Virus record (IMG/VR): IMGVR_UViG_3300032322_002674
Coordinates: 1 to 45,457 of that record
Length of the DNA: 45,457 nt
Origin: a virus
Taxonomy: Duplodnaviria; Heunggongvirae; Uroviricota; Caudoviricetes
Direction: 5' to 3' (one strand)
The translations under genes were made by a program, and so were the position numbers. The notes beneath the pieces are model-generated. The model was not told the DNA's origin. It saw only the letters and a list, made by a program, of their open reading frames with translations, and ran no database searches. Shown in pieces: positions 36,695-45,457 of the stretch; within the stretch, counting starts at the first letter, position 1; each line of letters opens with the position of its first letter.

Positions 36695-37351
36695 TTATTC
36701 ATTAGTCCAAAAACATTCTACTGTTTGATGTTTTGAACCATTCATTGATTTCATTGGTTTGAATTCCATCCAATCTGCCTTACTATTTTCACAAACAATA
36801 ATTTGACCAATTCTAGATTTTGACCATTCAGAAAGTTTATTAAAATCTATAAGTTTATTACTCCATTTATATCTATGACCACCATATTGATATGGTGGGT
36901 CTATGAACCATGTTGCTTCTTCATTTTTAATTTCATCATAATTACCTAACTTTATTTCCCAATGTTTAATTTTATATAAATTAGATGATATTCTTTCTTT
37001 AGTTTTTTGTGGATTCATTCCTTGAAATGTTCCTGCTTTTTTTTGTGGGATTGATGCACCTTGCCCTGCAATAAAACCAAGTAATGTAATTTCTTCTTCT
37101 ATTAACCCATCTGTATTAAAATATTCACCTCTATTAAAATTTGGTAGTTTTAAAATATCTTTTTCAGAACAAGATTGTAAATATTTCCACAAATTATAAA
37201 TTTTTTCATATTTATCTACTAACAAAATATCATTTTCCCAATATTTTAAACTATATCTTGCACTTCCAGCAAATGGTTCAATTATTTTTGAATATTTAGG
37301 TGGTGGATAATATTTAACTATTTTACTTTTACTTCCGTAGTATGAAAACAT
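36695..37351 (-). CDS. DNA adenine methyltransferase (Dam-like)
   Basis: FSYYGSKS, IEPFAGSA, FIDPPY. Confidence 0.88.
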   Translation of the reverse strand: MFSYYGSKSKIVKYYPPPKYSKIIEPFAGSARYSLKYWENDILLVDKYEKIYNLWKYLQSCSEKDILKLPNFNRGEYFNTDGLIEEEITLLGFIAGQGASIPQKKAGTFQGMNPQKTKERISSNLYKIKHWEIKLGNYDEIKNEEATWFIDPPYQYGGHRYKWSNKLIDFNKLSEWSKSRIGQIIVCENSKADWMEFKPMKSMNGSKHQTVECFWTNE

Positions 37352-37354
37352 ATT

Positions 37355-38110
37355 TTATTTTACCTTTTTAATTGGTTTTAAACTACCTGAAAATATTGTA
37401 TTACCAATTTTAATATTAATATCTTCCTTAATTAATTTTTCCTCATAAACCTCATTTATTGTTTCATAAACAATTTCCTTAATTACACTTCTTAGTTCAT
37501 TAATATCAAAATTAAAATTTCTATTTTCTTTTAAAACTTCCCTATCCCTTAAATTTGTTGGTTTTTGAATATTACCTTTCTTAATATTACCTTGTGGTTT
37601 AATTTCATATTTTTCATCCAAACGATTTTGCAAATCCTTACTTTTATTTATAATATTCATAGGTACACCAATATTACCAGTTATTGCAGTTGCATCAATT
37701 TTTGGGATTGGAGTTTTTTCCATTATTTCCAATATATCTTTTGGTAGTTTCTTTTTAACTTCTTCCCTAATATTTCCACTTGGTTGTTCAGGAATATATT
37801 GTGGATGATATTGTGGAACAAATGTATTTTCTTCCATTAATCCATGTTGTTGTGGGTTAATTGTTGTTTGTAATAGATTTGGTGACATTTTCTCTATTTG
37901 GTCATACATTGAATCATAATCTTCTGAAACTTCGTTATAAGTCTTATAATCCTCATTTATGGGGTATCTTGATGGTTGTATTGGGTCTTTGGTTATATTT
38001 TTAATATCAACAGATTCAGATTTCTCCATAACCATTTTACTTCTATTTAATAATTGTGTTAATTTATTTGCTCTTTCTTGTGCCTCTTTTTGTGATACTT
38101 TAATGTCCAT
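37355..38110 (-). CDS. hypothetical phage protein
   Basis: 251-aa low-complexity ORF, probably late class. Confidence 0.65.
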   Translation of the reverse strand: MDIKVSQKEAQERANKLTQLLNRSKMVMEKSESVDIKNITKDPIQPSRYPINEDYKTYNEVSEDYDSMYDQIEKMSPNLLQTTINPQQHGLMEENTFVPQYHPQYIPEQPSGNIREEVKKKLPKDILEIMEKTPIPKIDATAITGNIGVPMNIINKSKDLQNRLDEKYEIKPQGNIKKGNIQKPTNLRDREVLKENRNFNFDINELRSVIKEIVYETINEVYEEKLIKEDINIKIGNTIFSGSLKPIKKVK

Positions 38111-38153
38111 GATTTTTTAATTATAAATATTTGCAGAAAAAAATAAAGTAAAA

Positions 38154-38300
38154 ATGCATATTTTTGTGAAAAAAAACAAAGAAAGATATAAAATTAGTTA
38201 TCATATTAAAAAACTAAAATATCAAAATCCTGAATATTTCTTTGTTTTTAAAAAACATAAAGATGGATATAATATTTGGAGAATTGATACAAAACTTTAA
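38154..38300 (+). CDS. small basic hypothetical protein (48 aa)
   Basis: Manually read MHIFVKKNKERYKISYHIKKLKYQNPEYFFVFKKHKDGYNIWRIDTKL; fills an intergenic gap. Confidence 0.4.
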   Translation: MHIFVKKNKERYKISYHIKKLKYQNPEYFFVFKKHKDGYNIWRIDTKL

Positions 38301-38314
38301 AATAATTATTAATT

Positions 38315-38746
38315 TTAAAATGCACCGCCAAAATCATCAGTTAATTCATTATTATTTCTTGGTGGAACATCATTAAAATTTGCAATTGCCTCAACTCTAT
38401 TCATTGATTCATCACCATTTGGATTAAATCCTGGTCTAACTTCATCAAATCTTTGATTTCTAAGTACTTGCCATTGAATTATTCTATCAGTTCTGAATAA
38501 TCTCCAACCTGGAACTTCATTTGGGTGGTCAGATACTCCATCCCTTTGCCATGCCCTAATTACAGGGTTATTTGCCTTAGATAAACCAAATGCAACAGGT
38601 TCAACTGTTCTATAACCTCTAACATTAACTGTATCACCTATATAATAAAATCTAATAACCTTTCTATTAGTTATTGCATCAAGTACTCTGTATCTTGCAA
38701 CACTTTCAGAAATAATTTCCTTAAATAGATTATATATTGATTTCAT
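38315..38746 (-). CDS. stand-alone WYL-domain protein
   Basis: AITNRKVIRFYY, RTVEPVAFG, IRAWQ, WRLFRTDRI; no HTH; ATATTTAT at 38752-38759. Confidence 0.8.
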   Translation of the reverse strand: MKSIYNLFKEIISESVARYRVLDAITNRKVIRFYYIGDTVNVRGYRTVEPVAFGLSKANNPVIRAWQRDGVSDHPNEVPGWRLFRTDRIIQWQVLRNQRFDEVRPGFNPNGDESMNRVEAIANFNDVPPRNNNELTDDFGGAF

Positions 38747-38762
38747 TATTTATAAATATCAA

Positions 38763-39683
38763 TTATTTTATAATAGGTGAATTTAAAGGATGCAAAAATC
38801 TATCAAATTCAAAAATAGGTTGTTCAGATATTTCAGAATAAAAAGTTTCATTTAGATTTTTTCCAAACATCTCATAATTCAATAAGTTAATTTTTTTGTA
38901 CAATTTCTTTTCGTAATTGTTTATTTTTGATTTAATCATTCCTGACCAATAAGAAATAAAGTGTTCTGTATTTCTTGTTCTATCACCTTTTAATTCCTTA
39001 AATTTATTTATATATTCATCAATATTGTTAACATTTTTTAAATGTTTCTTAAAATCAAAATTTTTATATTGATTTAGATATTTAAATTCTTCTGAATTAA
39101 AAAATATATCCCAACTTTGTTTTGTGTTATTTGGATTACTATTTTTTATATGATGTAGTATAGAATTTATTCTAGCAGATTCCTCTGAATTTAAAAAATA
39201 GTAAAGTGTGTTAATGAAATAATTCCATATATCATCTTCATTATAAAGTTTTTGATATATTTTTGTATTTTCAATGTCTTTATTAATTCTATTGTTATTA
39301 AATGTTTTTATTAACTGATAAAGATGTAATAATTCATGTGATAAAATATATTCTATATTTTCTTCATTATTAATATTTAATGTAATTCCTATCTTTGCAT
39401 CATATACATCAAAATCACCGTAAAAATCAAATCTATTGGAACACCAACCATGATTTATGGTATAATCATTTTTGATTATAATCAATTCTATTAATAGTCC
39501 ATTTATATTATATTCTTTTAATTTAATATTTTCTTTTAAATTAATTTTTATTTCATTTTGTGATGTTAAATTCCATTTTTTATTGTTATATTTATTTAAG
39601 ATAATATTATAAAGATATTCTAAAGTCGGTTTCATTTCTTTTAAATACCCACTTTCAAGTAATAATTCCAATAAATACCTCAT
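38763..39683 (-). CDS. HEXXH zincin-like protein
   Basis: ILSHELLHLYQ with downstream SEESAR; likely start 39683 (MRYLLELLLES), since the longer ORF overlaps the upstream gene. Confidence 0.6.
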   Translation of the reverse strand: MRYLLELLLESGYLKEMKPTLEYLYNIILNKYNNKKWNLTSQNEIKINLKENIKLKEYNINGLLIELIIIKNDYTINHGWCSNRFDFYGDFDVYDAKIGITLNINNEENIEYILSHELLHLYQLIKTFNNNRINKDIENTKIYQKLYNEDDIWNYFINTLYYFLNSEESARINSILHHIKNSNPNNTKQSWDIFFNSEEFKYLNQYKNFDFKKHLKNVNNIDEYINKFKELKGDRTRNTEHFISYWSGMIKSKINNYEKKLYKKINLLNYEMFGKNLNETFYSEISEQPIFEFDRFLHPLNSPIIK

Positions 39684-39690
39684 AAATAAA

Positions 39691-39936
39691 TTAAATAAAA
39701 TCTGGATAAGTGTAAGAAGAATTAAAACGATTTCTTGATGTTGCATTACCTCTTTCCAAAATATCCAAAGAAGAACCAATTGAACCATTTAATTCACCTT
39801 TACCCTTAATATCTCCAGTAGATAATGCATTTGGGTGATTTGTGTCATATAATGAACCTGGTTGTTCGTTATATATATTTCTTGCCTTATTATCAGGTCT
39901 TTGTACATTTCCTATTAATTCTAATGGTGATGGCAT
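39691..39936 (-). CDS. small putative virion protein
   Basis: 81-aa ORF (HPNALSTGDIKGKG); ATATTTAT at 39954-39961. Confidence 0.65.
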   Translation of the reverse strand: MPSPLELIGNVQRPDNKARNIYNEQPGSLYDTNHPNALSTGDIKGKGELNGSIGSSLDILERGNATSRNRFNSSYTYPDFI

Positions 39937-39963
39937 AATATTTAGTTTTTTATATAAATATAT

Positions 39964-40461
39964 CTAAAAATATTTTATTGAATAGACAATTCTTTTTAAT
40001 TGTTCTTTTCTAAAATCATTTCTAATAATTCCTTTCATTTTATTTTTTCTTTTATGTGGGTATTTTACATAATTAAATGCATCATTATAATTCATTTCAG
40101 TATTCTCAACTATTTTTTTTATTCTTTCTTCACCTGCATTAGATTTTTCTTTTTTAACCATTAAAACATATTCTTTTATTTTATCAGAAAAAATATCATA
40201 ACCGTTAAAAAGAGTTTGTAACCTATCTATAAAAAATTCATTAAAATAAACTTTTTTGTTTCCATCAGTTTGTGGTGAAAAATTTATTGTATCAGGATTA
40301 ATATTCTTTATGAAATCATTAATTATTTTATATGCAGTTGCAGTTGAACGAACCGTATAAAACTATATAATAAAATATAGTAATTTCCTAATTCTTTCAT
40401 TCACATAATGATTTAAAAATTTATCTTCACTAATAATATTTTTAATAAATTCTATTGTCAT
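39964..40461 (-). pseudogene. ORF interrupted by a single in-frame TAG
   Basis: ATG 40461 overlaps the upstream TGA; the frame is continuous with ORF 39964-40161 except for TAG at 40363-40365. Confidence 0.55.
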
Positions 40462-43196
40462 AGATTATTTTTTATTCCTCTTGATGTTGTTGGAACTTTG
40501 TCAATACCTAATGATGGTTTAACCATTTTATTTTTATCTTTTGTATGTGTTTTTTTAAACTGATTATCCAAACCTATATCATATAGGGTTTCTTTCTTTT
40601 TATGTATTTGACCTCTGTATTGATTTAAAATATTTTCAATCCAACTTTTCATTTCCAATCCACCTGCAAGATAAAAATCAATTCCATCATTATTTTTGTC
40701 AAAAAAGTTTTTTAACCTTTTAATTTCATAATAAGAAATAGTATTTTGATTTAAAAGGTAGTTTGAACGTTTTGATGACATTCCATATTCTTTTTGGTAT
40801 TTTTTTATTTCTTCTTTAACAAAACCAGGTATTACAAATTCTTTTCCTTCTAATTCAGAATTTGTTTCATTAAGTTTACCAAAACTATCATATTTTGAAT
40901 TATCATTTTCTTCATATTCTTTCATTTTTTCTAATGCATCACCTAATTTATTAAATCCATGAAATGTTGGTAAATTTGGGTGTACTAAAAGTATATCGAA
41001 ATGACTAAATCCAATAAATAAATTTTTCAAATAATCAGAATATATTATTATACTTATTCTATCAAATGTTATAGGGAAATTAATTTTTTTATTTAGTTCC
41101 CTTTCAAATTTTTCTTTTAATTTTTTTAAATTAGTATGATACAACGTAAAAAACCCCAAATCAGATGTTGTAAATTCTTCAATTGGTTTTTTTAAAATCT
41201 GATTTATATATTCTTCCCTTTGTTTTTCTTGTTGTGATGCACGAGATTTTATTTTATCACCTAAACCCTCTTTTATAAAATCATCTTCAATGTTACCACC
41301 AGTCAATATTTTTTCAATATTTTCTAAAGAATCTTTATCTAAATCAAAAGTATCATTATATATATTATAATGTCCTATAATATCCATATCATCATAATAA
41401 AAATATCCATAATACAGAACCCCAACATTAATCCAATCATCATCTTCAAGTGAAGGATTTAATTCTAAATTATCACTTAATAAACCCCTTCTATTTAATA
41501 TTTCTTTTAATTCGTTTTCATAATATTTTATTCTTTTATACCAATATTTAATTTGTTCAGATAATTTAGTTATTTCTTTTCTTTTTTCTTCATTAACAGA
41601 ATCAAATACTTCTTTTATTGGATTATATTCGTCATCCAAAACCATTCCCCAATTACTTTTATTTACTTGGGTTTTATTTATATATTCAATTTTTTGTTTT
41701 AGATTTTGGTTTGCACGAGAAGTTAATTTTAATCCTTCTTTTATTTCCTTTTGTTTAAAAATTCCTTTAAAAGTTTCTTTTTCTCTTTCAATAATTTCTT
41801 TTCCTTTTTGTATTAATTCTTTTATTGTATTTGCACTACCAAAAACTCTAACTGGTTGATTATAAGAAACCCCATTAGATAATGTTCTTCTTTCTATTGT
41901 AGAATAAGAATAAGTTAAATCAGGCAAATTACATCTAAAATTAACATCTTTAAGTTCAAATGTAACTGAATTAATAAATTTACCTTTTAATCCTTGTCTT
42001 TCTTCTATTTCATAATCATAATCACCCATTTCTTTAATTATGAAATCACTTATTTTGTAAGTATATTTTGGGTGGGTATCTAATAAAAAATTATATTCAG
42101 GATTTGATAAATTTTCTAAACCTTTTTTTAATATTTGATTTATATATTCCTCCCTTTGTCTTTCCTGGTCTCCAGCACGAGATTTTAAATTTAATCCCTC
42201 ACTTATATTTTCTTTTTTTAAAAAATCCAATAATTCACCAACAGTTTTAAATTCCTTATATAAAGTTATTTTTAAATTTTCTAATTCAGTTTTAATTAAA
42301 AGAATGAAATCATCCCAAAATTCAATTCTATAATAACCACTATCATCTAATGAAAAAGTAATTTTTGTTATATCATCTCTAAAATCCTTTTCAATTTCAT
42401 GATATGGTTCTTGTTGTAATTTTTGAAGTTTATCAATTATCTTAACATAAATTGGTTTTGCATTATCATCACCAATAAATCTAATTTCTTCTGGTGTTAC
42501 ATCATTAATATTTTTGGATAATATATTTCTAATATATTCTTCCCTTTGTTTTTCTTGTTGTGATGCACGAGAAGTTAGTTTTAAACCTTCATTTATTTTT
42601 TCACTCTCATATTTTATCTCTAATTTTTTTATTTCTTCATAAACCTTCGGTAAATAAAAATTACCTATAAAATCAAAAATTTCTTTGTTTGTTAAATTAT
42701 AATTATATATAATACTATCAATTATTCTATTATATGTTTCAGGTATGTGTATTATACTTTGGAACTCTGTGTCAATGTTTTTTTGTTTATCATAACTTAA
42801 ATGTATTGGAATAACAGGATAATTATCCCAAAAAGGTGTGGCATAAAACAAATATTTGTCATTTTCCCAACTTACAACACCTTCCAAACTATTTTTATAA
42901 ATTTCATAACCTTTATATTGACTTGGTATATTATTATTTATATTACCAGCAAATTCATTATAAAATGATTCTTTTTCTTTTTCATTTAAATCCAAATAAT
43001 CAAGTTCATTATAATATATTACTTGTCCATTATCAAATTTATGTCTAACATATTTTCGTTTTATATCATCTGGTAAAAATATAAAAACTTTTACTGGTAA
43101 ATTAAATTTTTCCTTATTTTTAATTTTATTTGAATAAAATTCTATTGCCTTTAGTTCTTGTTGATTGGCTCTAGAAGTTAGTTTTAAATTACCCAT
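40458..43196 (-). CDS. 912-aa modular putative virion (head-internal) protein with five repeat-delimited modules
   Basis: Recurrent (I)xE-GL(K/N)L(T/K)SRAxQQExQREEYI motif. Confidence 0.7.
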   Translation of the reverse strand: MGNLKLTSRANQQELKAIEFYSNKIKNKEKFNLPVKVFIFLPDDIKRKYVRHKFDNGQVIYYNELDYLDLNEKEKESFYNEFAGNINNNIPSQYKGYEIYKNSLEGVVSWENDKYLFYATPFWDNYPVIPIHLSYDKQKNIDTEFQSIIHIPETYNRIIDSIIYNYNLTNKEIFDFIGNFYLPKVYEEIKKLEIKYESEKINEGLKLTSRASQQEKQREEYIRNILSKNINDVTPEEIRFIGDDNAKPIYVKIIDKLQKLQQEPYHEIEKDFRDDITKITFSLDDSGYYRIEFWDDFILLIKTELENLKITLYKEFKTVGELLDFLKKENISEGLNLKSRAGDQERQREEYINQILKKGLENLSNPEYNFLLDTHPKYTYKISDFIIKEMGDYDYEIEERQGLKGKFINSVTFELKDVNFRCNLPDLTYSYSTIERRTLSNGVSYNQPVRVFGSANTIKELIQKGKEIIEREKETFKGIFKQKEIKEGLKLTSRANQNLKQKIEYINKTQVNKSNWGMVLDDEYNPIKEVFDSVNEEKRKEITKLSEQIKYWYKRIKYYENELKEILNRRGLLSDNLELNPSLEDDDWINVGVLYYGYFYYDDMDIIGHYNIYNDTFDLDKDSLENIEKILTGGNIEDDFIKEGLGDKIKSRASQQEKQREEYINQILKKPIEEFTTSDLGFFTLYHTNLKKLKEKFERELNKKINFPITFDRISIIIYSDYLKNLFIGFSHFDILLVHPNLPTFHGFNKLGDALEKMKEYEENDNSKYDSFGKLNETNSELEGKEFVIPGFVKEEIKKYQKEYGMSSKRSNYLLNQNTISYYEIKRLKNFFDKNNDGIDFYLAGGLEMKSWIENILNQYRGQIHKKKETLYDIGLDNQFKKTHTKDKNKMVKPSLGIDKVPTTSRGIKNNL
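41206..42572. repeat. 41-bp perfect intragenic direct repeat
   Basis: ATATATTCTTCCCTTTGTTTTTCTTGTTGTGATGCACGAGA at 41206-41246 and 42532-42572; degenerate copies near 41700, 42150, 43160 and on the + strand near 32620. Confidence 0.85.
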
Positions 43197-43818
43197 TTAT
43201 TAAATTTGTTAATATTTGTTTTTGTTCAGGATTTATTGTTGAAAAATCAAAAGTTTTTAATAAATTATAAAATCCAGCATATAATACATCACCAGATACA
43301 ACATCCATATTACCCATATCAATCATATATTTAAGAGTTCTATGAAAAATTGGTGATTGGTAAATTATATCATTTAATTTTGGTTCTAAACCAATCGTAT
43401 TTTCTTCTTGTTCTTTTAAAATTTCAATAAATTTTTGTTTCTTTATTTCATCCAATTGTTTTTTCTCAAGATTTTGGATTAATTTTTCTAATTCTTTTTT
43501 TCTATTTAAGGATTTTTCAGATGTAGATTTTATTTTATTCAAGAAATTTAATTCAGATTTATAAATTTTTAGGTCAGTTTCTTCACTTTTATTTAAAGAT
43601 TCAGAAATACCCATTGCAGAAATACCAAATAATCCACCCCATGCATACCCACCTTGAAGTGATGGGTCTTGTCTGGATGTTTTTACAAAATCATCTGTGG
43701 TTGATTGAGAACCAGTTTGATTTTGAAATTGATTTGGTTTATCATCCCCATCAATTATTGCTCCATCTTTATCAATCAATTCTTCCAATTCTCTTTTCTT
43801 AAATATTCTTTTTTTCAT
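43189..43818 (-). CDS. hypothetical late protein
   Basis: 209-aa ORF; ATATTTAT at 43834-43841. Confidence 0.65.
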   Translation of the reverse strand: MKKRIFKKRELEELIDKDGAIIDGDDKPNQFQNQTGSQSTTDDFVKTSRQDPSLQGGYAWGGLFGISAMGISESLNKSEETDLKIYKSELNFLNKIKSTSEKSLNRKKELEKLIQNLEKKQLDEIKKQKFIEILKEQEENTIGLEPKLNDIIYQSPIFHRTLKYMIDMGNMDVVSGDVLYAGFYNLLKTFDFSTINPEQKQILTNLING

Positions 43819-43882
43819 TTCTAATGTTTTTTAATAAATATTAAAATTTTTTGTTTTTTTATAATATTTATTTTAAAAAGGT

Positions 43883-43942
43883 ATGAAAACACAAAAATGT
43901 GGTTGTGGTGGAGTTAAAAAACCTATTAAACCTAAAAAATAA
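43883..43942 (+). CDS. 19-aa Cys/Lys-rich micropeptide MKTQKCGCGGVKKPIKPKK
   Basis: Preceded by ATATTTAT (43864-43871); ends 3 nt before the next ATG. Confidence 0.45.
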   Translation: MKTQKCGCGGVKKPIKPKK

Positions 43943-43945
43943 TTT

Positions 43946-44266
43946 ATGAATTTTGTTTTATTAATTTTATTTTTCGCAATTGGACAAGGATTATTTAATT
44001 ATTTTCTTGATTTTTGTTTTAATGAAGGAAATATATTTGATTGGTATTATGAATTTATTCAAGAAAAATTTTATGATAATCATCCAAAAATATTTAAGGT
44101 ATTAGGTGGTTGTATTTATTGTTTTTCTTTTTGGGTAAATTTATTTTTCTATATTCCTTTTATTATAATTTTTTCAATTCCTTTACCAATATCTTTAATT
44201 CTTTTCCCTTTTTATGTTGGCATTTCTCAATTGGTAATCAGACTTAACCAACATTTTTTTAATTAA
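43946..44266 (+). CDS. small membrane protein with CxxC (DUF1360-like)
   Basis: Three hydrophobic segments; LGGCIYCFSFWV motif. Confidence 0.55.
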   Translation: MNFVLLILFFAIGQGLFNYFLDFCFNEGNIFDWYYEFIQEKFYDNHPKIFKVLGGCIYCFSFWVNLFFYIPFIIIFSIPLPISLILFPFYVGISQLVIRLNQHFFN

Positions 44267-44321
44267 CTTTGCATTTGTTTTAATTAAATTTTTTAGTTAG
44301 GTTTTAACAAAATTAATTAAA

Positions 44322-45164
44322 ATGAAATGTTTAAATGGTTTAACCGATATTCAAAAAAAGAAAATTTTAAAAACAAAATTACCAATTAATATTACTTTTG
44401 GTGATTTAAATTCTGAATTATTTTTTAAATGGTGGTATTTAACCTATAAATGTAATAAACTTTATTTTTCTAAATTAGAAAATAAAAAATTAACAATAAA
44501 AGATGGGTTATTTTTTTTAGATAACAATAAAAATGGTTTAAAACCATATAATGTTTTTAATAATTCAAATAATATTGAATATGAATCTTTTTCATTAACT
44601 AAACTGGATTGTTCTTGGGATATTTTATCTGGTAAAGATATTTTGCAGGGTTATGATTCAACTAAATCTAATGTTAAATCTTGCATGACATTTAATGGTA
44701 AAAACCCTAATACGTCAAAAGGAATAATAAATGAATTAAATTTTTATTGTAAGAATAAAAATGTTTCATTATTAGTGATTAAAGAAAAAGAAAAAATTGT
44801 TGCAAGAACTTTATTATGGAAAAATGGTAAAAAAAAGTTTTTTGATAATATCTATTCACACAATCCTTTATGGAGATTCTACATTGAAATGATTTCAGAA
44901 ATAAATAATTTCATGGATTGTGAAGATAATTATTTTTCTATTTCATTAAATTATATTCCAACTTTCCAAATTGTTTATAATCAAAAAAACTACCATATAG
45001 TTGATTATAGTAATATACCTTATTTAGATAATTTAATATACTATGATAAAAAAACCAAAAAATTAACTAATAATTGTAGTTTTAATACTATTGATTTAAC
45101 TGAAACTGATGATTCAGAATATTTAATAAAGGAACTTTTAGAAGAACATTCTTTAAATTCCTAA
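44322..45164 (+). CDS. paralog of the SCM/ARxLLW family
   Basis: KSCMT, VARTLLW, FFDNIY, IPYLDNL. Confidence 0.6.
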   Translation: MKCLNGLTDIQKKKILKTKLPINITFGDLNSELFFKWWYLTYKCNKLYFSKLENKKLTIKDGLFFLDNNKNGLKPYNVFNNSNNIEYESFSLTKLDCSWDILSGKDILQGYDSTKSNVKSCMTFNGKNPNTSKGIINELNFYCKNKNVSLLVIKEKEKIVARTLLWKNGKKKFFDNIYSHNPLWRFYIEMISEINNFMDCEDNYFSISLNYIPTFQIVYNQKNYHIVDYSNIPYLDNLIYYDKKTKKLTNNCSFNTIDLTETDDSEYLIKELLEEHSLNS

Positions 45165-45457
45165 TTCTTCCTCAAATTCTTTTATGATTTCAGAAGTAGT
45201 TGATTCTAATTTACCATCTACTGTCATTTCAATTACTTCTTTTTTCTTTTCAAGAATTTTATAAACTATTGTATCAATTGTTGAATCGAAAAGTGGATAA
45301 TAAATAACCACGTTTCTGTTTTGACCAATTCTCATTACTCTATCTTCTGCCTGACGCATATTTGCAGGTGTCCAATCTAAATCATTAAAAATAACAATTC
45401 TACTACTTGTTAAAGTAATTCCAACTCCAGCGGCAATAATATTACCAACAAAAACTT
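45153..45457 (-). CDS. SNF2/SWI2-family helicase, C-terminal part (gene extends beyond the window)
   Basis: Manual translation VFVGNIIAAGVGITLTSSRIVIFNDLDWTPANMRQAEDRVMRIGQ = motifs V-VI. Confidence 0.9.
   Translation of the reverse strand, partial: VFVGNIIAAGVGITLTSSRIVIFNDLDWTPANMRQAEDRVMRIGQNRNVVIYYPLFDSTIDTIVYKILEKKKEVIEMTVDGKLESTTSEIIKEFEEELGI

Noticed and set aside
32509-38148. Similar intergenic 18-mers TTGCAGAAAAAA(G/A)TAAAG near 32510 and 38131
   Set aside because: Only two low-complexity copies; cannot be separated from chance or generic promoter sequence.
24389-43802. Short ORFs 24389, 24865, 33884, 34330, 34838, 37565, 42068, 42836, 43614
   Set aside because: All lie antisense within longer motif-bearing genes.
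1-45457. Genome-wide stop-codon reassignment
   Set aside because: Long conserved genes are intact under the standard code, and TAG/TGA end several genes; only one in-frame TAG case was found.
1-45457. tRNA, rRNA or structured ncRNA genes
   Set aside because: No GC-rich cloverleaf or T-loop (GTTCRA) context seen in the short intergenic gaps; a tRNAscan/Infernal run would be needed to exclude them fully.

Overview
Very AT-rich, densely coding segment that looks like part of a large T4-like (myovirus-type, probably jumbo) phage genome infecting a Bacteroidota host. Evidence: no Shine-Dalgarno sequences, TAnnTTTG -7 promoter boxes, a gp5-like baseplate gene, a tape-measure-like gene, a gp55-like sigma factor, RuvC-like resolvase and SNF2 helicase. 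It also carries host-like auxiliary genes: ClpC + ClpP, DnaJ, glutaredoxin, an M20/M28 peptidase, two DNA adenine methylases, two glycosyltransferases and a highly miniaturised LeuRS with no editing domain. The stand-out element is an integron-like system at ~18.7-21.5 kb. A short tyrosine recombinase without the IntI-specific insertion is followed by an attI-like site and an array of at least four gene cassettes. The cassettes are delimited by hairpin-forming attC-like sites (TAAC...GTTA), and each intact cassette has self-complementary ends. Unusually, the cassette genes mostly run antisense and start inside the attC loop, so the recombination site encodes the protein N-terminus. Two cassette products have leaders resembling capsid-targeting/prohead-protease signals, which suggests a shufflable repertoire of virion-packaged proteins. 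A 912-aa late protein built from repeat-delimited modules may be a second diversification device. All product calls come from motif recognition by eye; no searches were run.
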